In this document: positions 17,451-25,657 of the stretch, piece by piece
How the letters are laid out: each line of letters starts with the position of its first letter
Numbering within the stretch: the first letter of the stretch is position 1
DNA from: Deltaproteobacteria bacterium
GTDB lineage: Bacteria > Desulfobacterota > Binatia > UTPRO1
Length of the DNA: 64,000 nucleotides
Assembly (NCBI GenBank): GCA_020852955.1
Contig: JADYZW010000016.1
Coordinates: 130,801 to 194,800, forward strand
Direction of reading: 5' to 3'
Made by a program: the position numbers and the translations under genes
Notes under the pieces: generated by a model
The model's input: the letters and a program-made list of their open reading frames with translations, nothing else
Told to the model about the DNA's origin: nothing
The model's database searches: none

Positions 17451-17484
17451 GGCGAAGATTAGGCGAATCGACGGGAATCGTCAA
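17451..17484 (-). promoter_or_regulatory. Candidate recA promoter (TTGACG-N17-TAATCT) with an embedded direct repeat TTCGCC-TAATC-TTCGCC (putative SOS operator)
   Basis: The minus strand reads TTGACG attcccgtcgaTTCGCC TAATC TTCGCC. The -35 is at 17484-17479, the -10 at 17461-17456 and the repeat at 17467-17451. It lies about 180 nt upstream of the recA ATG. Confidence 0.45.
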
Positions 17485-18077
17485 GGAAATCCGTCGCCGC
17501 GGTCGAGCGGAAATACCGCGAGCGGCGAGTGGCGGGCCCCGTCCGGGGCAAGCTCGCTCTGGTAGAGGATCACCCGCGCGACGGGTGCCGCACCGAAATC
17601 GCGGCCGCCATCGCGCGCGAAGAGCGCGGGATCGAAGGCTGCGCCGCGGATCCGGGCGCGCATCCGGCCGAGGGTCACGTGTGGCCGGAACGGGCGCCGC
17701 TCGCGGGCGATGCCGGCCGCCTCGCCCGCCCTCCGGACCGCGTCCGCGAGCGCGGGGAGCGGCGGGGCGACCACCCCGACCCAGAGCACCTGCGGTCGGG
17801 CGAGGCTCGGAAACGCGCCGACGCCGATCACTCGCGCCGTGAAGCGCTCGACGCCCGCGAGCGCGCGGGCGAGCCGCGGCGTCAGCTCCGGGATCGCCGA
17901 CGCCGGCACGTCGCCGAAGAACGCGAGGGTGAGGTGCAGGTTCCCAGGCCGCGTCCAGGCGACGCCGGAGATCGTCGCGCGCAGGCCGCCGAGGAACGCA
18001 TCGACCTCCGCCCGCGCGGGGTCTTCCAGGTCGATCGCGACGAAACAACGCCAGCGCTCGTCCGTTCCCGCGGGCAC
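17481..18077 (-). CDS. thpR: RNA 2',3'-cyclic phosphodiesterase (2H phosphoesterase, LigT/ThpR)
   Basis: Two H-x-T-x motifs are present: NLHLTLAFFG and RPHVTLGR. Confidence 0.8.
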   Translation of the reverse strand: MPAGTDERWRCFVAIDLEDPARAEVDAFLGGLRATISGVAWTRPGNLHLTLAFFGDVPASAIPELTPRLARALAGVERFTARVIGVGAFPSLARPQVLWVGVVAPPLPALADAVRRAGEAAGIARERRPFRPHVTLGRMRARIRGAAFDPALFARDGGRDFGAAPVARVILYQSELAPDGARHSPLAVFPLDRGDGFP

Positions 18078-18081
18078 CGGA

Positions 18082-19395
18082 TCAGCCCGGAGCGACGCTC
18101 TCGCTCTTGGCGGGCGCGGGCGCGGGCGCGGCGCCGCCCCGTCCGATCTCGAGGAGCGGCACGCCGAGCAGATGACGGCGCACCCAGTCGAGCGCGATCT
18201 GCGACGACAGGAGCTTCACCCACTCGCGGTTGCCCCAGAGGCGATAGCGGCGGGTGACGGTCGGCGCGTACGCCGCCGCGAGCCCGAAGCACACGGTTCC
18301 GACCGGCTTCTCGGCGGTGCCGCCGTCCGGGCCGGCGACGCCCGTGACGCCGACGGCGATGTCCGCGCCGAGCACGCGCCGGGCGCCCTCGGCCATCGCG
18401 CCCGCGACCTCCTCGCTGACCGCGCCGCGCGCCGCGAGGAGGTCCGCCGGCACGCCCAGCACCCGCTCCTTCACCTCGTTCGCGTAGGCGTTGACGGCGC
18501 CGCGGTAGTACGACGAGCATCCCGGCACGTTGGTGAGGCGGTGCGCGACGAGGCCGCCGGTGCAGGACTCCGCGAAGCCGACGGCGACCCGGCGCGCCGC
18601 GAGCAGGTCGCCGACGACGCGCTCCATGGTCGCGTCGCCCTCCCCGTAGACGTACTGGCCGAGGCGCGCGTACACCTCGCGCCCGAACGCGTCGAGGCGC
18701 CGATCGACGTCGTCGCCGCGCACCACCACGCGGACCGAGACCTCGGGGAAGTTCGCCCGGAACGACCACCGCCCTTCGCCGGGGATCCCGGCGACGATCT
18801 CGTCGAGGCCGGACTCGCTGATGCCGAACGTCTGGAAGGTCCGGTGCCCGACCCGCGCCGCGCCCGTGAGCTCCGCGAGCCATGGCAGCACGGCGTCGGT
18901 GAGCATCGGCTTCATCTCGCGCGGCACGCCGGGCAGCACGACGAGATGACGGCGATCGTCGGGCGATCCGACCGCGACGCGGTACCCGGGCGCCGTGCCG
19001 AGCCCATTCGGCACGATCACCGCGCCCTCCGGAAAAGCCGCCTGCTTCATGTTGTTCTCGGGCATCGGCCGGTTGAAGAGGCGGAAGAGCTCCCGGATGC
19101 GCTCGGCGACCTGCTCGTCGTGGACGAGGTTCCGGCCGAGCAGCGCCGCGACGGTCTCGGTCGTGAGGTCGTCGGCCGTCGGCCCGAGACCGCCCGTCGC
19201 GATCACGACGCGCGCCAGGCGAAGCGCCTCGCTCCACGCCCAGCGCAGATGCTCGGGACGATCGCCCACGGTCAGCACCGCGACGACGTCGATGCCGAGT
19301 TCGAGCAGGCGGTCGGCGATGAAGCCGGCGTTGGTGTCGGTCGTCCGTCCGGTCGTGAGCTCGTCTCCGGTGCTGATGATGGCGGCCTGGATCAC
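18082..19395 (-). CDS. cinA: CinA-family competence/damage-inducible protein (MoCF-like domain plus nicotinamide-nucleotide amidohydrolase PncC domain)
   Basis: Matching segments: IISTGDELTTGRTTDTNAGFIA, VIATGGLGPTADDLT and a C-terminal AESCTGGLVA...GVTGVAGP. The GTG start overlaps the pgpA stop (GTGA at 19392-19395). Confidence 0.85.
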   Translation of the reverse strand: MIQAAIISTGDELTTGRTTDTNAGFIADRLLELGIDVVAVLTVGDRPEHLRWAWSEALRLARVVIATGGLGPTADDLTTETVAALLGRNLVHDEQVAERIRELFRLFNRPMPENNMKQAAFPEGAVIVPNGLGTAPGYRVAVGSPDDRRHLVVLPGVPREMKPMLTDAVLPWLAELTGAARVGHRTFQTFGISESGLDEIVAGIPGEGRWSFRANFPEVSVRVVVRGDDVDRRLDAFGREVYARLGQYVYGEGDATMERVVGDLLAARRVAVGFAESCTGGLVAHRLTNVPGCSSYYRGAVNAYANEVKERVLGVPADLLAARGAVSEEVAGAMAEGARRVLGADIAVGVTGVAGPDGGTAEKPVGTVCFGLAAAYAPTVTRRYRLWGNREWVKLLSSQIALDWVRRHLLGVPLLEIGRGGAAPAPAPAKSESVAPG

Positions 19396-19862
19396 GCGAG
19401 CACCCGTACCACGATCTGCGCGTAGACGCCCGCGACGAGGTCGTCCGCGACGACACCGACGCCGTTCTTCAGGTGACGGTCGAAATGCCCCGCGGGAAAT
19501 GGCTTGAGGACATCGAACAACCGGAAGGCCGCGAACGCGATCGCCAGCGAGCGCGCCGTCGGCGGCACCAGGGCGCCGGCGATCAACATGCCGCACACCT
19601 CGTCGAGCACGATCCGCGAGCTGTCGGCGTGACCGTGGATCCGCCCCGCCCGCCCGCAGATCGGCATCGCGGCGAGGCTCACGGCCACGATCAGCGCCAC
19701 CACGGCCCACGCCGGCAGGCTCGCGTGCCCGAGCCCTACGAGCAGCGGCAGGGCGAGCAGCGATCCGAAGGTGCCGGGAGCGATCGGCGCGTAGCCGAGA
19801 TACGACCCGCTGGCGAGGAAGAGGACGACGCGGTCCACGCGGGACCAGGTCGTGTCACGCAA
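19392..19862 (-). CDS. pgpA: Phosphatidylglycerophosphatase A
   Basis: PgpA-like sequence: GSYLGYAPIAPGTFGSL..., IVLDEVCGM and FRLFDVLKPFPA. The start is TTG 19862 or GTG 19838. Confidence 0.8.
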   Translation of the reverse strand: MRDTTWSRVDRVVLFLASGSYLGYAPIAPGTFGSLLALPLLVGLGHASLPAWAVVALIVAVSLAAMPICGRAGRIHGHADSSRIVLDEVCGMLIAGALVPPTARSLAIAFAAFRLFDVLKPFPAGHFDRHLKNGVGVVADDLVAGVYAQIVVRVLA

Positions 19863-22800
19863 TCAGGGCGCCGCGCAACCCGCGGTGGTGATCGGCAACG
19901 AGGGCGCGAGGGCCGGCAGCAAGCCGGCCGCGCGCGGCGCGATCACCCGCAGGAGATCGTCGGCGACGCAGTCCTGGCGCAGGCGAAGCGCCGCCTGATA
20001 GCTCGCGAGCGACGCGAGCGTATCGGAGCCCGGCAGCACGGCGGCCAGCGCGTCGAGGTTCGCGGCGCGCGCCGGGCGCAGCTTCTGGTCGAAGTCGATG
20101 CCGGCGCACTTCTTCTCGATCGCCGGCCCGAGCTTGGCGCGCGCCGCCGCGATCTTCGCCCCTTCCTTCGCGCAGCCCGCGTCCGCCTTCGCGAGGCACG
20201 CCGCGTCGCCGGGCTTCGTCTGGATGCAGGCGAAGACCTTGTCCACGCACTTGACGACGCTCGCGAGCTTCTTCGTGAGGAACCCGCTCGCGGCCTTGGT
20301 GATGGCCGTGCCGCAGGCATAGAGCGCCTTCCCCTGCGCCGCGTCGCCGACGCCCTCGCCGTCGCCGTCGTGATCGGGCAGACACGCGTCGCCCGCGACG
20401 CCGGCGACCCGGCGCAGCTCGCCCGCACGCGGCGCCTCGGCGCCGTACACGTCGCTCGCGCGACAGCCGTACCGCCGCGCGATACACTCCGCGACGTCGG
20501 CGACGTTCGCCGCGGGATGGCTGAGCTCGGCCTCACACTCGGCGTCGATGTTGAGGTAGCCGAGGCCGGTCGCGCCGCGCAGATCGTCGGCATCGACGAG
20601 CGCGTCGCCGCACTTGGCGCCGACGGCGGCCAGCAGCTTGGCGCGCGCCGTGGACGCCGCGCCGCCGAGGCTCGCGCACTTGGCGCTCGCCTTCCCGACG
20701 CACGCGGCGTCGTCCGGCTTCGTCTGGATGCACTTGACGATGCCGTTCGTGCAGGCATCGAGCTGCTTCAAGCGAGCGGAGAGGAACCCCACGCCCGCCT
20801 TGCCGATCGCCTGCTGGCACTTGACCGCGTTCTTGGCGGCGGCCGCGTCCGTGAGCCCGCCGAGCTCGACGACGACCGGCGTCGGCCCCGTCGTCGGGAC
20901 GAGCGTCGGCGTCGGCCCGCCGAGCGGGGAACCGGTCGCCGTCGCGGAGGGGAGATCGCCGGGCGTGGCCGACGGCGTCGCGCTCGCCGTGACAGCGCCC
21001 GTCGACGTCCCGTTCGGCGTCGGCGTCCCGCTCGCGGCCGCCGTACCCGACGGGGTTGCCGTCGCGGTCGGGGTGGCCGTCGCGGTCGGGGTGCGGGTCG
21101 CGCTCGGGGTGGCCGTCGCGCTCGGAGCAGCGGTCGCGGTCGGGGTCGCGGTGGTGGTCGGCGTCGCGGTTCCGGTGGGGGTCGAACTCGCCGTCGGCGT
21201 GCTCGTCGTCACCCCGGCCGTCGCCGTCCGCGTCGGGCTGATCGTGGCGGTCGGCGTCGCGACGACCGGGGTCGTCGTGCGCGTCGGCGTGGCCGTCCGG
21301 GTCGACGTCGCCGTCCGCGTCGGCGTCGGCGTGCGCGTCGGCGTCGCTGTCCGAGTCGGCGTGACGGTCGCGCATGTGAACGCCGAGCAGGTCGCGTTGC
21401 AGCAAGCGCCGTCGGCGCCCGCGCCCTTGTCGCAGATCTCGCCGGCCTGGCGCTTGCCGTCGCCGCACACGGGACAATTCGGTCCGCCCTCCGTGAGAAC
21501 GCGCGTTCCCTTCGCCGGATTGAACACGACGTTGCCTGGAATGATCGGCGTCACGCCCGCGGGCTGGGTCACGGTGATGGAGCCCCCAGGATTCGCGAGG
21601 TACTGCGACAGGCTTCCGAGCGCCATTGCGCGCCGCGAGATGAGCTCGATGTCCGAGCCGCCGGCGACGTTCTGCGCGTTCACCCCGCCGTGGCCGTCGA
21701 TCTTGACGGCGCTGCCGATCGTGAGCCCGCAGCCCGCGAAGGTGACGGTCTGACCGGTGCCGCTCAACGCGCCCCCGAACGCCAGAACGTCCTTCGTGAC
21801 CGAAATGTTCCCCGAGGCGCTCTCGTCGGTTGCGAGCCCCGACTCGAAGTCGACGTAGCCGCCGTCGCCGTCGCCGCTCGCACTGCCTCCCGTCGAGTCG
21901 AGGATGCCGGTGATCGCGACCGCGCGCCCAGCGGTGCCGGCGACGTCGCCGCCGGCGCCGAAGCCGTGCGCGTTGATGGCGGCCCCGAGGAGGAGATCGC
22001 GGCCGGCGGTGAGATCGATCGAGCCGCCGTCGCCGCCGACGTTGCCGCTCGTCATCGAGATCTGTCCGCCGACGAACTGCATGTCGCCGTCGAGCGGATC
22101 ATTCACGCGATAGAAGTCGACGTCGCTCGAATCGAGCGTGAGGAAGCCGCCGTCGCCGTCGAAATTGGTAGCGGCATCGAGGCGCATCGTGACGTTGTCG
22201 AACAGCATCAGGCCGAACGACGTGGCGTCGATGCTGCCACCGTAGCCGCCGAAGGCATCGGTCGCGCTGCCGCGCACCAGGAGGCTGATCGTGCTGTCAC
22301 CGTCGATGAGGAGCTGGCCGCCGGGCTTGACGCCGCCGATACCGTCCTCGCCGGCCGCGAACGACATCGAGCCGCCGTCCCCGCCACCCGCGGTGCTGTC
22401 GGCGGTGATCGACCGCCGCACGAAGATGTCGTCGCCCGCGGTCAGGACGAACTCGCCGCCGCCGCCGCCGCCGCCGCCCACGTCGACCGTCTTCTTGACG
22501 TCGACGTTCACGGCGGCCTGCACGTCGACGATGCCGCCCGTGCCGCCGTTCAGACCGGTGAGCGACAGCGTCGCGTCGACGATCACGCTGCCGTTCTGCG
22601 CGACGGCCGAGAGCTCGCCGCCGTCCGTGTAGCGATCACCGAGATCACTGAAGGAGGTGATGCCGTTGGCGCGCACGGCCGGATCGCCGCCGAGGACGTG
22701 GATCGCGGCGCGCGGCTGCCCGCCGACGGTGGTGTCGGTACCGCCGGCGGCGAGGAAGATCGTGCCCCCGCCGTCGCCGCTCACGTCGAGGGAGCCGGTG

Positions 22801-23222
22801 CCGTCGATCACGATGCGGCGCGTGGCGCTCAGGGAAATGAGTCCGCCCTGGATGATGAAACCCTCCGGCTTGTAGAAGTCTCCACGCGCCTGCAGACGGC
22901 CGGCGCCCGCGACCGAGATGTCCCGCGCGTTCACGACCTTGATGAAGCCGCTGCCGGCCATCCGAACGAGCTTCTCGACGAAGAGATCGCGGGGAACGCC
23001 GGCGAGCGAAAGGTCGAACTCGCAGCCGCCCGCCGTGACGTCGATCGCGCTGGTGAGGTGCACCTCGCTGCCGGAGCACGTACCGTTCGCGCAGAGCACC
23101 GTCTGCGTGTTCTGCAGCGCGTCGGGGCCGCAGATCGCCGTGACGGCTTCCGCCCGGGTCGCGCCGAGCGAGCAGACGAGCGTGGCGATCAGAACGCCAA
23201 GGCGAAGGAGGCGATGGGACAT
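19863..23222 (-). CDS. Large (1119 aa) secreted mosaic protein
   Basis: Domain order, N to C:
- Sec signal peptide, aa 1-26 (...GATRAEA).
- aa ~27-570: Gly/Asp-rich repeats (GDGGG, GGDGGS, a G8 run) typical of parallel beta-helix or polymorphic-OMP-like passengers.
- aa 582-617: CPVCGDGKRQAGEICD...CC..C, a Myxococcus-type Cys-rich repeat.
- aa 618-783: T/P/A linker.
- aa ~796-872 and ~964-1040: two homologous copies of a 4-Cys domain.
- A DHDGDGEGVGD Ca-binding-like motif lies between the two copies. Confidence 0.85.
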   Translation of the reverse strand: MSHRLLRLGVLIATLVCSLGATRAEAVTAICGPDALQNTQTVLCANGTCSGSEVHLTSAIDVTAGGCEFDLSLAGVPRDLFVEKLVRMAGSGFIKVVNARDISVAGAGRLQARGDFYKPEGFIIQGGLISLSATRRIVIDGTGSLDVSGDGGGTIFLAAGGTDTTVGGQPRAAIHVLGGDPAVRANGITSFSDLGDRYTDGGELSAVAQNGSVIVDATLSLTGLNGGTGGIVDVQAAVNVDVKKTVDVGGGGGGGGEFVLTAGDDIFVRRSITADSTAGGGDGGSMSFAAGEDGIGGVKPGGQLLIDGDSTISLLVRGSATDAFGGYGGSIDATSFGLMLFDNVTMRLDAATNFDGDGGFLTLDSSDVDFYRVNDPLDGDMQFVGGQISMTSGNVGGDGGSIDLTAGRDLLLGAAINAHGFGAGGDVAGTAGRAVAITGILDSTGGSASGDGDGGYVDFESGLATDESASGNISVTKDVLAFGGALSGTGQTVTFAGCGLTIGSAVKIDGHGGVNAQNVAGGSDIELISRRAMALGSLSQYLANPGGSITVTQPAGVTPIIPGNVVFNPAKGTRVLTEGGPNCPVCGDGKRQAGEICDKGAGADGACCNATCSAFTCATVTPTRTATPTRTPTPTRTATSTRTATPTRTTTPVVATPTATISPTRTATAGVTTSTPTASSTPTGTATPTTTATPTATAAPSATATPSATRTPTATATPTATATPSGTAAASGTPTPNGTSTGAVTASATPSATPGDLPSATATGSPLGGPTPTLVPTTGPTPVVVELGGLTDAAAAKNAVKCQQAIGKAGVGFLSARLKQLDACTNGIVKCIQTKPDDAACVGKASAKCASLGGAASTARAKLLAAVGAKCGDALVDADDLRGATGLGYLNIDAECEAELSHPAANVADVAECIARRYGCRASDVYGAEAPRAGELRRVAGVAGDACLPDHDGDGEGVGDAAQGKALYACGTAITKAASGFLTKKLASVVKCVDKVFACIQTKPGDAACLAKADAGCAKEGAKIAAARAKLGPAIEKKCAGIDFDQKLRPARAANLDALAAVLPGSDTLASLASYQAALRLRQDCVADDLLRVIAPRAAGLLPALAPSLPITTAGCAAP
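20874..21371 (-). repeat. Imperfect tandem codon repeats encoding a 166-aa Thr/Pro/Ala linker (TPTRTA-type hexapeptides)
   Basis: The protein reads TPTRTATPTRTPTPTRTATSTRTATPTRTT...TATATPTATATPS. On the plus strand this appears as reiterated GTCGCGGTCGGGGTG-like units. Confidence 0.85.
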
Positions 23223-23475
23223 GCGTACGGGGAAGTTGATGCGAGAGGCTCGAGAGTGCTTCGGAGTCTCGTGGACCTTATCGGGGCGTCGAGAATCATG
23301 TCAACGTACTTTCGACATCGCATGACGAATCCACGACGGCCTCCGGCCTCTTGGTCTCGGTCCGGCAAAAGTGCTAACAGTGCGCCGTCCTTACGCCCCG
23401 GCGCGGCGGGAGCCCCGCAAACCCTATGCAACGGAGCGCGGCGTGGTCGCCCTCGGGCGCGGAGAAAATGACGTC

Positions 23476-24270
<795 letters not shown>

Positions 24271-24308
24271 GACGAGCCGGCGTTGCACGCCTCCGCGCCG
24301 TCCGCGCC

Positions 24309-24845
24309 TCAGTGCGGTGACGCGAGCCAGCGCGTGAGGCGCGCGAGCGCCTCCGGCTCGGATACCGTCTCGAGGCGCAGGACCGGCGTCGCGAGCTTCG
24401 CCGCGTCGGCGTCGGCCGCGCCCACGAGCACGACCCCCGCGGTCGCGACGCGGCCCGCGACGGCCGCGACCGCCGCCGCGCCCTTGCCCTTCCCCATCAG
24501 GAACACCGGGCGGATCTTGCGCCCGAGCAGGTAGCGGTAGGCGCCTTCGACGTCGCGGTCGGCGGCGGCGAGGTCGCTCGCGCCGCCCGAGGCCCCGTGG
24601 CCGCGCAGATCGAGGCGCAGGACTCGGAAGCCGCCGGCGACGAGCGCCTCGCTCGCGGACCGCCAGACCCGTCCGTCCTCGCCCGCGCCGTGGGCCACGA
24701 CGACGCCGGGGCCGGTCGCGCCGTCGAGCTCCGCGATCAGCTGCACGCCGTCCATCGCCGTCACGTCGACGCGTTCGCCCGCGCGAGCGACCGGCACCGT
24801 CGCGCCGAGTACGAGCGCGACGAGGAGGAGCGCGGCGCGACGCAT
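24309..24845 (-). CDS. Small secreted alpha/beta-hydrolase-fold-like protein that lacks an obvious Ser nucleophile
   Basis: Has a signal peptide (MRRAALLLVALVLGATVPVARA). VVVAHGAGEDGRVW...RLDLRGHGASGG resembles the start of an alpha/beta hydrolase. The expected G-x-S-x-G elbow reads GKGKG. Confidence 0.55.
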   Translation of the reverse strand: MRRAALLLVALVLGATVPVARAGERVDVTAMDGVQLIAELDGATGPGVVVAHGAGEDGRVWRSASEALVAGGFRVLRLDLRGHGASGGASDLAAADRDVEGAYRYLLGRKIRPVFLMGKGKGAAAVAAVAGRVATAGVVLVGAADADAAKLATPVLRLETVSEPEALARLTRWLASPH

Positions 24846-25646
24846 TCAGGCGGACCCGGCGCGGCGCGCCGCGACGACGGACGCGATCAGGCGGGGCACG
24901 TCGGTCATGATGCCGTCGCACCCGAGATCGAGCAGGCGCCGCGCCTCGCCGGCGTCGTTGATCGTCCAGACGTGGACCTCCGCCCCGAGCGCGTGCGCCG
25001 CCGCGACGGTCTCCCGGCTCACGAGCGTCACGTCGCCGTACGTCGGAGGGATCTGCAACGCGACGGCCCCCGCCGGCAGCGACGGCCGCTCGCCGCTCTG
25101 GAGCGCCCCGATGAACGCGGCGACCTCGCCCGTCGCGAGGCTCGTCGGCAGATCGGGCGCCGCGGCGCGGATCGCCTGCATGATCGTGTCGTGCTCGGCG
25201 GCGAGGACGACGCGGCTCGACGCGGCGCGCGCCATCGCCACGACCGCCGCGACGATCTCGGCGCCCTCCGGCTTGATCTCGATGTTGAGGGGCACGTCGG
25301 GAAACGCGCGCAGAATCTCGGCGAGCCGCGGCACCCTGACCCCCTGCCCGCGGAACGGGTGGGTCCAGCCGCCGTCCGGGGAGAATCGATGGCCCGCGTC
25401 CAGGCGCGCGAGCTCCGCGAACGTCAAGGCCGCCACCGGTCCCGCGCCGTCGGTGGTACGCTCCAGGGTGGGATCGTGCAGCACGACGATCTCGCCGTCG
25501 CGCGTTGCGTGCACGTCGAGCTCGAGCACGTCGACGCCGTCCGCTCGCGCCCGCGCGAACGACGGCACGGTGTTCTCCGGTGCGACGCCCGCCGCGCCGC
25601 GATGTCCGAAGAGTCGCGGCGTTCCGCCCGCGAATCCGAAGCGCAC
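24846..25646 (-). CDS. Glycerophosphodiester phosphodiesterase (GDPD family); start uncertain
   Basis: Matching segments: LFGHRGAAGVAPENTVPSF, VLELDVHATRDGEIVVLHD and NIEIK. GTG 25646 is the first start downstream of the M23 gene's stop. The track ORF reaches 25805 but would overlap that gene by 148 nt. Confidence 0.7.
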   Translation of the reverse strand: MRFGFAGGTPRLFGHRGAAGVAPENTVPSFARARADGVDVLELDVHATRDGEIVVLHDPTLERTTDGAGPVAALTFAELARLDAGHRFSPDGGWTHPFRGQGVRVPRLAEILRAFPDVPLNIEIKPEGAEIVAAVVAMARAASSRVVLAAEHDTIMQAIRAAAPDLPTSLATGEVAAFIGALQSGERPSLPAGAVALQIPPTYGDVTLVSRETVAAAHALGAEVHVWTINDAGEARRLLDLGCDGIMTDVPRLIASVVAARRAGSA

Positions 25647-25657
25647 CGCCGCCTCGA

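Noticed and set aside
20874-21371. Periodic repeat DNA that could superficially suggest a CRISPR-like or satellite array
   Set aside because: The repeats are in frame inside a continuous ORF and encode a Thr/Pro linker. There are no unique spacers of constant length, no leader and no cas genes.
19473-23471. 1332-aa plus-strand ORF spanning the pgpA and large secreted-protein region
   Set aside because: It is antisense to two well-supported genes. The product is Arg/Asp/Ala-rich without domains or a signal, and the minus-strand frame carries the signal peptide, Cys-rich repeat and duplicated domain.
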